Assembly (NCBI GenBank): GCA_038087875.1
Contig: CM075987.1
Coordinates: forward strand, 23,500,001 to 23,564,000
Origin: Malacoraja senta
Taxonomy: Eukaryota
Length of the DNA: 64,000 nt
Direction: 5' to 3'
The first letter of the stretch is position 1, and every line of letters begins with the position of its first letter. The notes under the pieces were generated by a model. That model had not been told where the DNA came from. It saw only the letters and a list, made by a program, of their open reading frames with translations, and made no database searches. Made by a program: the position numbers and the translations under genes. Positions 49,421 through 62,529 of the stretch are shown in pieces.

Positions 49421-50714
49421 CGGATAAACGAGTTAATATTCATTCCCCTGACTGAGTTACAGCGGACAGTCGGCATTAACAGACACCATCTCCCCGCCCC
49501 TTGGTCCATTTACAGCGAGGGTTCTTTCCAGGCTGATACCTGAGGTGAACATTCATCAATACTCGTGTCGGGAGGAACTGCAGATGCTGGTTTAAACTGA
49601 AGACCGACACAAAAAGCTGGAGTAACTAACTCAGTGGGTCAGACAGCAAGCATCTCTGGAGAAAAGGAACAGGTGATGTTTCGGGTCGAGACCCTTCTTC
49701 TGTGCTTAGTTCCAGTGCATCAATGCTTGGTTTGTATTTAACTGGAGCAGAGTAGTTCCAGATTTCATCACAGGCCTGAAATGGCCATTGATGCAAGGAC
49801 TGTATGTATGAACAGCCCAAGAAGCACGTTTGACATCAACACAACATGACATGAGGGCTCCCAGGAGTAACTGAGAACATTGGGAAGCATGGCTGTGGTT
49901 GTCAGAGGACAAATCAACAAAAATCCCAGGACATCACCACTGAAGTTCCACAAGATAATATCCTTGATCTAATGATCTAAGTTGCTTAATGTTTAACTTC
50001 CTTGCCAGTGTAGGGTCAGTAATGGAATTATTCAAAAATAATTTCCAAATCTTAACTCAATTAATCTCAAGAAGCATCTCACAAATAGCCGACCTCCTCG
50101 TGAATAATTGTTGGTTGTGCAGCCTCTATGATTTCAACAGCCACTAACTTAAAAAAAGAACAGGAATACCATGCATTATGAGAGTGGGGGGGTGTATTCC
50201 AAGAAAACAGTCCATATCACTATTTACTGAAGCATCATCTGTGTGTTCGTGTCAAAATAACAAGGGGTGGAAAATAAATAAACAAGTTTATGTACGTATT
50301 CTTACGTTTAATTCTGTTAGAGCAAATTTTATTCCAGATCTCAAACTTTTGGGTCGTGATTTGTGAATTCTGCAACAAACAATTTTTGTTGCCTGTTTAA
50401 GAAGGAACTGCAGATGCTGGAAAATCGAAGGTAGACAAAAGTGCTGGGGAAACTCAGCGGGTGCGGCAGCATCTATGGAGAGAAGGAAATAGGCAAAGTT
50501 TCGGGTTGAACCCCTTCTTCAGACTCAAGAAGAGTTGCCTGATCAGCTGCAATATAGAGGGGGGGAGCGGGGGTCACCTGTACATCACTGGTGGTGAAGC
50601 ACTGTTGGATCTTTGAAGTCATGGAAGATGCTGCACAAATGCACATTAATTCTTTACTCCTCTCTCTCTCTCTCTCTCTCTGTAATTAAGTATTCCATGA
50701 AAACTACTATGGCT

Positions 50715-50987
50715 TTTAGTTTAGTTTAGTTTAGAGATACAGCGCGGAAACAGGCCCTTCGGCCCACCCAGTCCATGCACCCCGCACTATCCTATTCACA
50801 CAAGGGACAATTTACACTTATTCCGAGCCAATAAACTTACGTGCGGGGAGAAACCGAAGATGTCGGAGAAAACCCACGCGGTCAGGGGGAGAGCGTTCAA
50901 ACTCCGTACAGAGAGCACCCGCAGTCGGGATTGAACCCGGGTCTCTGGCGCTGCAAGGCAGCAACTCTACCGCTGCGCCACCGTGGT
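50715..50987 (-). mobile_element. HE1/V-type SINE
   Basis: Family head and (TAAAC)n tail on the minus strand. Confidence 0.85.
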
Positions 50988-52043
50988 CGCCCTGGACAGG
51001 TAATGGAGAAACAAGGAACTGCAGATGCTGGTATACAACAAAAAAAACCACACAAAGTGCTGGAGCGACTCAGTGGGTCAGGCAGCATCTCTGGAGAACA
51101 TGGATAGGCGAGGTCGGGATTGTGTTCATTCCACAATAATCAACATGATGACAGGTTGATAGGCTGGCTAAGGGAGAATGCAGATTCAATTCCATGCGAT
51201 CAATCCCCTTCATATGGAAGGTACACAATAATGCTGGAGAAACTCAGCGGGTGCAGCAGCATCTATGGAGCGAAGGAAATAGGCAACGTTTCGGGCCGAA
51301 ACCCTTCTTCAGACACCTTCATATGGATATCCCCTTTATCAATGAGGTGACAAAGTAATACAATCTCCTCGTTTACAACAGCGTGAAACCACTTGGACAC
51401 ATGGACTGCAGCCAGGTAACAGGTAGCATCACAGATACACACAAAATGCTGGAGTAACTCAGCGGGTCAGGCAGCATCTCTGGATGCTTATTCACTACTC
51501 ATTTCCTTCCTGCACTCAAACTCACTTGGACCATCTCCGACATCTCCCTATCCTTTTCTGATCTCACCTTCTCCATCACAGGAGATAGACTATCGACTCT
51601 CATCTATTTTATAGAGTCTGAAGAAGGGTCTCAACCCGAAACGTCACCCATTCCTTCTGTCCAGAGATGCTGCCTGTCCCACTGAGTTACTCCTGCTTTT
51701 TGTGTCTATCTTCGGTGTAAACCAGCATCTGCAGTTCCTTTCTACACATGATGGAAAGCATTATCTCCACCATCTCAGGGAAATAAAGAATGGGAAGTAA
51801 ATGTGTAGGAAGGAAGTACTGGTTTACACTGGAAGGCTGGTTTACACTGAAGAAGGGTCTTGACCCGAAATATCACCGATTCCTTTTTTCTCCAGAGATG
51901 TTGCCTGGCCCGCTGAGTTACTCCAGCTTTTTGTGTCTATCTTCAATGGGAAGTAAATGGTGATCTCGTCAGCAGTCTTTACATTCCATGGCAGAGAGGG
52001 GAGAAGAACAAAGGGATTGGTCACACTGAGGTACTAACAGTAA

Positions 52044-52561
52044 AGGGCCTGTCCCACGAGCATGCGACTGCATGCGGCTAACGCGACCTAACGTGGTCGC
52101 TTGAGCCGTGCGGCCTCACGGGGCCGGTCCCACTTCGATTAGCCGGAGCCGCATGGAGTTGTGTGGAGCTGGTCCCGACATCGCGCGGGGCTCCGAAAAA
52201 CTGACAGTGTTCAAAAATTCCGCGCGGCAAAGGACTGCCGGCCCGCTGCCGCATGGAGGGCGCACGCACCACCTCGAGGCCGTACGCAGCGTCTTGACGG
52301 CGTACGCCTAGCGCGTGGCGTTGCACGATGACGTCACCGCCCGGCATGCCGTTGCGCGATGACGTAACCGCCCGACGCCGCGCGACGTCGAAATTCAGTC
52401 GGCCCGCTTCCTGCCCAGCTGATTGGTGAGTATGAAGTCGGGATCGGCCCCGCACAACTCTAGACGGCTCTGCGGTTGGAAGTGGGACCGGCCCCGCGAG
52501 GCCGTACGCCTCAAGCCACCACGTTTGGTCGCGCTAGACGCATGCTGGTGGGACAGGCCCT
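52044..52561. mobile_element. CpG-rich MITE, PIF/Harbinger-like
   Basis: TIR AGGGCCTGTCCCAC extending to about 90 bp of imperfect inverted repeat; TAA target duplication on both sides. Confidence 0.85.
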
Positions 52562-53686
52562 TAAAAGCATTGAGAGCGGAAGGAATGCAATGATAATAAA
52601 GAAGAGGAGGTCTGCGGCTAAACCAGGTCTCTGATGCTGTAAGTCAGCAACTCTACTGCCTCGCCACCGTGCTGCCCTGTTCTTGCTTAGTTCTCAGCCC
52701 TGGAACCTGGGCTGACTGCAGCAATGCAGACATCACCACAGTGCTGCAAGACTGCTGCAGCAGACCCATGCGAGGTCAGGGTCACATAGACATCAAAGAT
52801 GGACACAAAGAGCTGGAGTAACTCCGCGGGTCAGCTAGCATCTCTAGAGAAAAAGGATGGGTGATGTTTCGGGTCAGGACCCTTCTTCAGACTGCCAAGT
52901 AGTCAGTGATGTCAAATAGACATGACTGGGCGATAGGGGCATTTAAGTGCTGCATTCCCCTGCCCGTACCCATTAATATATTCTCCTGAATATGGACTCA
53001 AAAAGCTGGAGTAACTCAGTAGGTCAGGCAGCATCTTTGGAGAAAAGGAATAGGTGACACTTTGGGCCGTGACCTCTCTTCCTTGTGCCTAGCTGAGAGT
53101 CGAGAGAAAGGGAAACATGAGACATAGAAGGTGGAGGACAAATGAATGAAAGATGTGCAAAAAGCAATGACGATCAAGGAGATGTGGAACCCACAATGCT
53201 CCATTGTTGGCTGTGGGGTAGGTGAACATATGCAAAATGCAACGATGATCAAGGAACGATGAGCCCACCATGGTCCAAACTTCCCGTTCCCCAGACAAAA
53301 GCCCTACTCCTCCTCCTCCAACCTATTCATATAACGTGGCCTCAGACAATATTGCCACCCAAAGTCCACATTAACCAAGCCCTCGCATTCAGGGGATACA
53401 TACGGGGAAACCATTCGAGCTCATCACAACCACTACCAGTGGCAGGCTTAGACTGTATTCTGTGCAAGCACCAGTGCAGAACTAATGCGATGAGTGAGGT
53501 ACTGTGTGCATTACACCTGGGGGCTGCAATTCTTCTGTTCTGCTTCACTTCCAGGTCAATAAAGATGAAAAGGATCCAATTAAATTGTGGGCAAAGCTGT
53601 TAAAAATCACTCAATTAACAAGCGGAGATGTGTGTGCTTCTGCAGCGGAGACTGATTTAAATGCCGCAAGACAGTGAGCAAACGAA

Positions 53687-54023
53687 AGGGCCTGTCCCAC
53701 TGTACGAGGTAATTCAAGAGTTCTCCCGAGTTCTCCCCTGATTCGAGCTTGTGTAATGTACGTAGCGGGTACGTAGGGGCTCGTACGAGTAAAAAGTTTT
53801 TTAAAATGTCATCACGAGTATTTTTTTAAACTCGTGGACATTTTTCACAGTTGAAAAAAATGTCACGAGTTTACCAGATTTCCCGAGTACCTACTGTTAC
53901 TCGTACGAGCCGCTACGTGACATCCACGAGCTCCTACGTACCCGCTACGTACATTACACAAGCTCGAATCAGGGGCAAACTCGGGAGAACTCTTGAATTA
54001 CCTCGTACAGTGGGACTGGCCCT
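53687..54023. mobile_element. MITE, PIF/Harbinger-like, TIRs about 100 bp
   Basis: agggcctgtcccactgtacgaggtaattcaagagttctcccgag / ctcgggagaactcttgaattacctcgtacagtgggactggccct; TSD not preserved. Confidence 0.85.
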
Positions 54024-55131
54024 TCACTCTCCCCTCTCGTACAGCAGGACTGAGCAAGGCATTGCATTACTGTGCAAGAAGGAACTGCAGATGCTGGTTT
54101 AAACCGAAGATAGGCACAAAAAGCTGGAGTAACTCAGTGGGGCAGGCAGCATCTCCGAAGAGAAGGAATGGGTGACGTTTCGGGTCGGGACTGCGTACTA
54201 ATCAAACTTCTTCATTGGTAGAAATCAGAAAGTCGTGAAATAATCAGCGTCTAATGAAGGTCTAATTGCACAATTGTGGAACGACAACCAATGCAATGAA
54301 AGCACAAAATCTGCGGATGCCAAAGATCCAAATCTTTTGAAAAAGATAGACACAAACAGCTGGAGTAAATCAGCGGGTCGGACAGCATCTCTGGAGAAAA
54401 GGGATAGGAGATGTTTCGGGCCAAGATCCTTCTTCCATCACCTATTCCTTTTCTCCAGAGATGTTGCCTGACCCGCTGAGCTGTTCCAGCATTTTGCGTC
54501 TATCTTCGGTTTAAAGCAGCACCTGCAGTCCCTTCCTGCACATTTAAAAATAAAGAAATTGCTGGAAATATTCTGCAGGTCGTGGAGCATTAACAGAGAA
54601 AAAACCGTTTCAGGTCGACGGCCTTTCATCGTGATCCAGAGGAGATCAGAGGCGAGTGGAAGGTGTTCACACAGATCGTCGATTCTGAAGGCAAGTGAAA
54701 GGATGTACTGTATGGGTGAAGGTTCCTGGCCAAATACGTTGCCGTGGAGATGAAGGCAGTGGAAGAGGAACTCGACATCGCTGGCTAAACCTGGTCATTC
54801 TGAACAAAACCAAAAAACATTTGGCAGCGCACACAGCAGCGAGTTCGACATCTACGAATGAATACACATTCAAAAACAAAAAAAGTCCTGGCCTTTCTGA
54901 CAGATTTGGAAGGCGGAGCCCAATCTTGGTGAGATCCCCTTATTTAAACTTCTTGGATTTGACACGAAAGCGATGATTTCAACAGAATTGTATTAGGATG
55001 CAGTGAGCAATGTAACTCCTATATATATTTTTTAAATTGAATGCTTCAAATTATTTAAATATTTTAGATACTTTTGGTCAACCTTATTTTTTCTTATAAT
55101 TTTAAACGTTTTATATATTTTAGGTCAACTT

Positions 55132-56135
55132 GGCAACACAGTGGTGCAGCGGTAGAGTTGCTGCCTTAAGGGCCTGTCCCACTTTCACGACCTAATTCAC
55201 GACCTCTGCCGAGTTTGCCCTTGACTCATACTCGCAGTATAGAAACATAGAAATTAGGTGCAGGAGTAGGCCATTCGACCCTTCGAGCCTGCACCGCCAT
55301 TCAATATGATCATGGCTGATCATCCAACTCAGTATCCCATACCTGCCTTCTCTCCATATCCCCTGATCCCCTTTAGCCACAAGGGCCACATCTAACTCCC
55401 TCTTAAATATAACCAATGAACTGGCCTCAACTATCCTCTGTGGCAGAGAGTTCCAGAGATTCACCACACTCTGTGTGAAAAAGTTTTTCCTCATCTTAAA
55501 GGATTTCCCCCTTATCCTTAAGCTGTGACCCCTTGTCCTGGACTTCCCCAACATCGGGAACAATCTTCCTGCATCTAGCCTGTCCAACCCCATAAGAATT
55601 TTGTACGTTTCTATAAGATCCCCTCTCAATCTCCTAAATTCTAGCGAGTATAAGCCGAGTCTATCCAGTCTTTCTTCATATGAAAGTCCTGACATCCCAG
55701 GAATCAGTCTGGTGAACCTTCTCTGCACTCCCTCTATGGCTATAATGTCCTTCCTCAGATACTTGATACTCGTGGCATCAAGTAGGTCGGGGCCTTTTTC
55801 TAGCCTGATGACAAATGTCCACGAGTAAAAAAGGTCGTGAATTAGGTCGTGAAAGTTGGACAGCCCTTTACAGCACTGGAGAGCAGGGTTCGATCCTGAC
55901 CACGGGTGCTGTCCGTACGGAGTTTGTACGTTCTCCCTGTGACCACGTGGGTTTCCCCCGGGTGCTCCGGTTTCCCCTCACACTCCAAAGACGTGCAGGT
56001 TTGTAGGTTAATTGGCTTTGGCAGAAATTGTAAATTGTCCCTAGTGTGTGGGGTAGTGTTAGTGTACGCGGTGATCACTGGATGACGCAGACTTGGTGGG
56101 CCGAAGGGCCTGTTTCTGCGCTGTATACCTAAACT
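55132..56135 (+). mobile_element. HE1 SINE split by a MITE (55169-55867), which is itself split by a CR1 LINE (55238-55760, minus)
   Basis: SINE reads ...gctgccTTA[agggcctgtcccac...ttggacagccct]TTAcagcac...; LINE peptide QRRFTRLIPGMSGLSYEERLDRLGLYSLE. Confidence 0.88.
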
Positions 56136-56314
56136 CCAAAATAATTTTCCTCATAATTCCTTACGGCTTTTAAAAATCAGCTTATCTGGAGCAGACTTTG
56201 GCAATTGTTGTAGCTTCCGTGGGCGTTTCATGGTCAGGGCAGCAAGACCGTGGCGCTGGAGTCAGAATGCTTCACGACAATGATGGGTCCTCTGCACTCC
56301 AATCACACAAGTGG

Positions 56315-56387
56315 ACCCACACCTCCTCATCTCCCAACATCCACTGGAGAGGATGCAGTGGATGTTGGGAGATGAGGAGGTGTGGGT
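56315..56387. repeat. Perfect inverted repeat: 32-bp stem, 9-nt loop
   Basis: acccacacctcctcatctcccaacatccactg-gagaggatg-cagtggatgttgggagatgaggaggtgtgggt. Confidence 0.95.
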
Positions 56388-56449
56388 TGGATGGGAGAAT
56401 GTGGCGGAAGAACATGGCCTAGCTGAAAACTGACTGAGGTCTACGTTTA

Positions 56450-57120
56450 CATTTATTACTGTCACATGTTCCAAGGTATTGTGAAAAAGCTTTTTGTTTG
56501 GCAGGGTATTCAATCAGATCTGATTATACTACACATAAATACAAGAGTGCAGAATATATATCTCAGCATTGTAGCGCATCAGTTCCATAGACAAGGTCCA
56601 ATGTCCACAATGGGTTAGATGTGAATTGGAAAGTACTCTCATTTATGGAAAGACCTTTCAGAAGTTTGATAACAGAGGGGAAGAAGCTGTTCCCGAGTCT
56701 GGTGGTGTCCTCTTTCATCTTCTGTACCTTCTACACGATGGGAACAGAGAGAAGAGGGAATGACAGGGTGGGATAAGTCTTTGATTATGTTGGTTGCTTT
56801 TCTGAGGCAGAATGAAGTGTAGATGGAGTCAATGGTGGGATGTCCAATCTGCGTGATGGTCTGGGCAACATCCACAAGTCTCTGTAATTTCTGTCGGCCT
56901 TGGGCAGAGCTGCTCCCAAACCAAGCAGTGATGCAACCCGACAGTATACTTTCTATGGTGCATCTGTAAAGTTTGAAAAAGTAATTGAAGGCACGGCAAA
57001 TCTCCTCAGTCTTCAATGGAAGTGGAGCCGTTGGTGTGCCTTCTTGGCTGTCACTTCGATGTGGTTAGTCCATGGCAGATCTTATTAACGCCATGGAACG
57101 CGAAGCTCTCAACCATTTCC
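56450..57120 (-). mobile_element. Rex1/Babar-like LINE 3' fragment
   Basis: YRCTIESILSGCITAWFGSSSAQGRQKLQRLVDVAQTIT...KATNIIKDLSHP. Confidence 0.8.
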
Positions 57121-57249
57121 ATCTGAGGTGAGAATCTGAGAAGATGCAGCCAAGACTTTTGCAGAAGATCCTAAATAGATCGTCGACCAGAAACGCTGAC
57201 TCGATTCCACACCGTCTGACATTTCTTCAAAATTTAAATTTAGCATCAA

Positions 57250-57592
57250 ACGTGGGGAGGATGTTTCCACTTGTGGGAGAGTCTAGGACCAGAGGAGATA
57301 GCCTCAGAATAAAAGGACGCACCCTTAGAAAAGGGATGTGGTGTAATTACTTTTGTCAGAGGGTGGTGAATCTGTGGAATTCACAGCCACAGACAGCTGT
57401 GGAGGTCAGGTCAATGGATATTTTTAAGGCGGAGATTGACAAATTCTTGATTAGTACGGGTGTCAGGTGTTACGGGGAGAAGGCAGGAGAATGGGATTGA
57501 GAGGGAAAGATAGATCAGCCGTGATTGAATGGCGGAATAGACCTGATGGGCCGAATGTCCTAATTTTCCTCCAAAAACAAATGAACTTATGA
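57250..57592 (+). mobile_element. CR1-type LINE 3' end
   Basis: MFPLVGESRTRGDSLRIKG...QRVVNLWNS...IFKAEIDKFL. Confidence 0.85.
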
Positions 57593-58524
57593 AACTGATG
57601 AACAAATTGCAGCAGACCTTAAAAAATAGACTACGAATTGCACTGAAAAACTGATCATTTGTCTAGTTGTTGATGTTGGATAGGGCCAGGGGATGTACTG
57701 AGGGTGAGACAGTCTAGACTGGTGGCAGAGTCTGACCTGGGGACAGACAGAACAAAGTCTAGCACTAGTGGCAGTGGTAGGTGCAGGATCCAGCAACAGA
57801 GACAGGGGTCCCCGCACATTAACATAATCCTACACACTGGGGACAATTTACAATTATACTAAACCAATTAACCTACAAACCTGTACGTCTTTGAACCGTG
57901 GGAGGAAACCGAGAACGTACAAACGCCATACAGACAGCGCCCGCAGTCGGGATCGAACCCGGGTCTTTGGCGCTGTGAGGCAGCAACTCTACCGCTGCGC
58001 AACCGCGCCTCCCTCCAGTTCGTCTGCTCAATGTTCATCAAAAGTAAATCAGCTTTCCCAACACCCATGTCCCCACACCCACACCCTGCAATGCAATAGA
58101 ATCTAGCGATCACTTCACGTCAGCCGGTGTAGGTGGAGCGGATCTGAACAACACCCACACACCCAGGTTCTAACACGTTCCTGGGTTTTGTTATTCCACC
58201 TACGGCCCTGAACCCCTCCATTAGTTCGTAGTTGGCATGTGTTTGATGTGAAGTCAATAGTTGCTCCAATGGTGAAATGGCTGCATTGTTTCTGATGATG
58301 GTGAGCAATCTGCACCCTTCATTCACGTCACATATTCAGCCTCCCTCATGGTATACGAGCTTAGCTTCCAAGATGGCGCCCAACACCCAAACCAGGTGAC
58401 TCTTTGTGTGTTGGTCACAGAAGTGGATCTGCAATCACACATTACAATTACTCCACTCTTTTAAATCTCTAGCCCTACAGCAACATTTCAGTACACTGTG
58501 AATGGCTCGATGGCAATCATGACT

Positions 58525-59310
58525 AAGAAAGAACTGCAGATGATGGTTTAAATCGAAGGTAGACACAAAATGCTGGAGTAACTCAGCGGGGCAGGCAGCA
58601 TCTCTGGAGAGAAGGAATGGGCAGCTTTTCGGGTCGAGACCCTTCTTCAGACTGATGACAGGGGAGGGGGCGGGACAGAGATAGAATGTAGTCAGAGACA
58701 GTCAGACTGGTGGGAGAACTGGGAAGGGGAAGGGGATGGATAGAGAAAGTAGGGGCTACCTGAAGTTAGAGAAGTCAATGTTCATACCGCTGGGGTGTAA
58801 AATACCCAAGCAAAATATGAAGTATTGTTCCTCCAATTTGCGCTGGGCCTCACTCTGACAACGGAGGAGGCCCAGGAAAGAAAGGTAAGATTGGGAATGA
58901 GAGGGGGAGCAGAAGTGCTGAGCCACCGGGAGATCAGGTAGGTTAAGACTGAGTGGAGGTGTTCAGTGAAACGATTGCCGAGCCTGCGCTTGGTCTCGCC
59001 GACGTGGAGAAGTTGACACCTGGAGTAGCGGATACGGCAGATGAGGTTGGAGGAGGTGCAAGTGAACCTCTGCCTCATCTGGAAAGACAGTTTGGGTCCT
59101 TGGATGGAAACAAGGGGGGAGGTAAAGGGACAGGTGTTGCATCTCCTGCGGTTGCAGGGGAAAGTACCTGGGGAGGGGGTGGTTTGGGTGGGAAGGGACG
59201 AGTTGACCAGGGAGTTTCGGAGGGAACGGTCTCTGCGGAAAGCAGAAAGGGGTGGAGATGGGAAGATGTGGCAAGTAGTGGGATCCCATTGGAGGTGGCG
59301 AAAATGTTGG
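58525..59310 (-). mobile_element. Penelope-like element 3' fragment (GIY-YIG)
   Basis: AFRRDRSLRNSLV...PGTFPCNRRRCNTC...FTCTSSNLI...HVGETKRRLGNRFTEH plus terminal repeat. Confidence 0.88.
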
Positions 59311-59860
59311 AGACTTGCAATCATGTGTTGTCTTTGAACTGACTGGTTAACACACCACAAACGCTTTTTCTCTGTACTTCGGTACACGTGACAATAAACT
59401 AAACTGGACTGCAGGAGCTGAACAATCCCAGAGATATGAACCTGAGATGTGGGCAGATACATCCCCCCAGGTACATGGGAGGGGGGGGAGGGGGAAGGAG
59501 GACAGATGGGCGAGAGAGGCAGGCACCTAATCGCAGCCAAATTCAACCTTGCCCCGTACGAAACCTTCCCTCCAGAGTTCAGAGCAATCCCCTGACACTT
59601 CCCTCTCAAGGAGACGGGATGTCTGTGAGATATTTCAGCGTGTAGCTCCAACCAGCCTTGTGACTGTTCCCTTTGGCTCTGTTGCAAAAAAGAGAAGTCA
59701 AAAAAAGCAGGCACCAGATCAAGCGATGGCAGGGAGTTCAGTGGGAGGTCAGCAGGACACGGTGAAAGTGTCCTCAGCAAAGCCCTGTGCCTTCATTTAA
59801 TGAGGAACATTGTCAATGGAGCAGCCCGCTCGCTCCCATGTACATCTGAATCTGAATCGG

Positions 59861-60839
59861 CATCGGAAATGTCCTCATTCTTCAGGAAAGGGGGTTCCCC
59901 TCCCCTACTATAGATGAGGTTCTCACCAGGGTCTCTTCAATACCCCGTAACACTGCTCTCTCTCCCCATCCCCCCCACTCGCAACAAGGGCAGAGTTCCC
60001 CTAGTCCTCACCTTTCACCCCACCAGCCGTCACATACAACAAATAGTCCTCCGTCAGTTTCGCCACCTCCAACGTGACCCCATCACTCGCCACATCTTCC
60101 CATCTCCCCCCCCCGTCTGCTTTCCGCAAATACCGCTCGCTCCGTAACTCCCTGGTCAATTCTTCCCTTCCCTCCCGCACCACCCCCTCCCCGGGCACTT
60201 TCCCTTGCAACCGCAAGAGATGCAACACTTGTCCCTTCACCTCCCCCCTCGACTCCATTCAAGGACCCAAGCAGGCGTTCCAGGTGCGACAGAGGTTCAC
60301 CTGCATCTCCTCCAACCTCATCTATTGCATCCGCTGCTCTAGATGTCAGCTGATCTACATCGGTGAGACCAAGCGTAGGCTTGGCGATCGTTTTGCCGAA
60401 CACCTCCGCTCGGTCCGCATTAACCAACCTGATCTCCCTGTGGCTCAGCACTTCAACTCCCCCTCCCACTCCGAATCCGACCTTTCTGTCCTGGGCCTCC
60501 TCCAGGGCCAGAGTGAGGCCCACCGGAAATTGGACGAGCAGCATCTCATATTTCACTTGGGCAGTTTGCACCCTAACGGCATAAACATTGACTTCTCCAA
60601 TTTCCGGTAGCCCTTATTGTCTCCTCCCCTTCTCAGCCCTCTGGCTCCTCCTCTTCCATTCTCCTTTCTTCTCCCTCCCCCCCCCCCCCCCCCACCCTAC
60701 CCTACATCAGTCTGAAGAAGGGTTTCGGCCCAAAACGTTGCCTATTTCCTTCGCTCCATAGATGCTGCCGCACTCGCTGAGTTTCTCCAGCATCTTTGTC
60801 TACCTTCGATTTTCCAGCATCTGCAGTTCCTTCTTAAAC
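59861..60839 (+). mobile_element. Penelope-like element 3' fragment (RT thumb/linker, GIY-YIG endonuclease, terminal repeat)
   Basis: RVPLVLTFHP; CNRKRCNTC; FTCISSNLIYCIRCSRCQLIYIGETKRRLGDRFAEHLRSV...GINIDFSNFR*; one frameshift near 60110. Confidence 0.9.
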
Positions 60840-61839
60840 ATCTGAAACAGGCTCCTTTCTGTTTTCCACAAACTGAACTTAAAGAATTCACAAAAGGTAG
60901 ACACAGAGTGCTAGTTTGCTAGTTTACACGGAAGATACTGCAGCGCTTTAAACGCACCTCAATCAAGCTTCCCGAACAATTAAAGAGAAATGACCCTCCA
61001 ACCCTATCTTGGTTCCAGATAAGAAACACAAAGTGCGGGAGTATCTCAGCTGGTCAGGCAGCATCTCTGGAGAAAAAGGATGGGTGACGTTTTGGGTTGG
61101 GACCCTCCTTCAGACTGAAAGTATATTGTATTAGTTCTGTGAAGGCTTGGAATTGATTGGAAGACAATAAGCAAGAATGTAGAGACAGAGAGGCCTACAG
61201 CACATTATTTGGGATGAAATATACCTGCAGGACCTAGAGGTGCATAAGACCAGCAGGGGAACAGGTATGGTGAACCCAGAGTAGGGGGGTCAGGAAGCAG
61301 GGAACCAGGTGAGTTTTCAGGTCGGGACCCCTTTTCAGCCTGAGAGTGGACGGGGGTGGGAGGTGAAGAGTTGGAGGCAAGGAAAGACCAGGACCAATCA
61401 AGGCCGGCTACAAATCTGACTTCAGGCTGGGCGGTGTCTGGCAAGCCCGTTGTTGGCTGGGGTAGGTGTGATCTCAAGAGGGAAACAATGTGGTGAATTG
61501 GGGAACTGGTGAAACAACTAGGGTGGTGGAAGGGGGCAAAGGGGGAGAGGAGTGTAAATACAAGTTAATTAAAAATGAGAGAATTCAACGCAGGCTAGTC
61601 GATCGTTTAGCTGAATTCGTGGAACTCTCTGCCACAGAAGACAGTGGAGGCCGATTCACAGGATGCATTCAAACGAGAGTTAGATGGAGCTCTTTGGGCT
61701 AGCGGAATCAAGGGACATGGGGAGAAGGCAGGAACGGGGTACTGATTGTAGATGATCAGCCATGATCACACTGAATGGTGATGCTGGCTCGAGGGGCCGA
61801 ATGGCCTACTCCTGCACCTATTGTCTATGTATCTATGTA

Positions 61840-62335
61840 CCTCCGCTCAATCTGCCTAAACCTACCCAAACACTAAATACTAATCACTTTAATCCCCTCT
61901 CATTCCCATTCTGTCCTGGGCCTCCTCCACTGTCAGAGTGAGGCCCAGCGCAAATTGGAGGAACAGCACCTCATATTTCGTTTGGGCAGCTTACACCCCA
62001 GCAGTATAAATATTGACTTCTCTAACTTTAAGTAACCCTTGCTTTTCCTCTCTCTCCACCCCCCCCTCCCCCTCCCTATTTCTCCGACCAGTCTGCATGT
62101 CCCCCCTGATTAAATGTTATCTCTGTATGCTTCGTGGTCACCTTCTCCTAGCCAACAATGATCTATTCTCATCCCCTTTGATGTCTTGTTTTCACACCTT
62201 ACACTTCCTTATCTCTGTGTCTCCCTCGCCCCCGACAGTCTAAAGAAGAGTCTCGACCCGAAACGTCACCCATTTCTTCTATCCAGAGATACTGCCTGTC
62301 CTGTTGAGTTACTCCAGCATTTTGTGTCTATCTTC
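61840..62335 (+). mobile_element. Penelope-like 3' fragment
   Basis: GIY-YIG tail nucleotide match and terminal repeat. Confidence 0.75.
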
Positions 62336-62529
62336 AATATTCATTACGCTGGGTTGTAACCTACCCATGCAAAATATTAAGCAAAAATATGGATTCACAA
62401 TTCAGTAGAATCAAGTTATGGACAAATTTGCCCATCTAACAAACCACACGCCCTAACTTCCCATTTAAACACATCATCCATACAAACAAATCAGTCTAAC
62501 CAGTGAATTGGAGTTAGTGTTCAGAGTTA

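Noticed and set aside
49706..49912. 68-aa minus-strand ORF as an alternative RXRA N-terminus
   Set aside because: No homology I can recognise and no convincing donor site.
52044..52561. CpG island as RXRA promoter
   Set aside because: The CpG-rich stretch is bounded exactly by TIRs and TAA duplications, so it is a MITE.
52773..52784. DR0 motif AGGTCAGGGTCA
   Set aside because: Isolated motif between repeats with no supporting context.
58782..59780. 332-aa ORF as an intact gene
   Set aside because: Chance read-through from unique sequence into a Penelope fragment that frameshifts inside the GIY-YIG domain.
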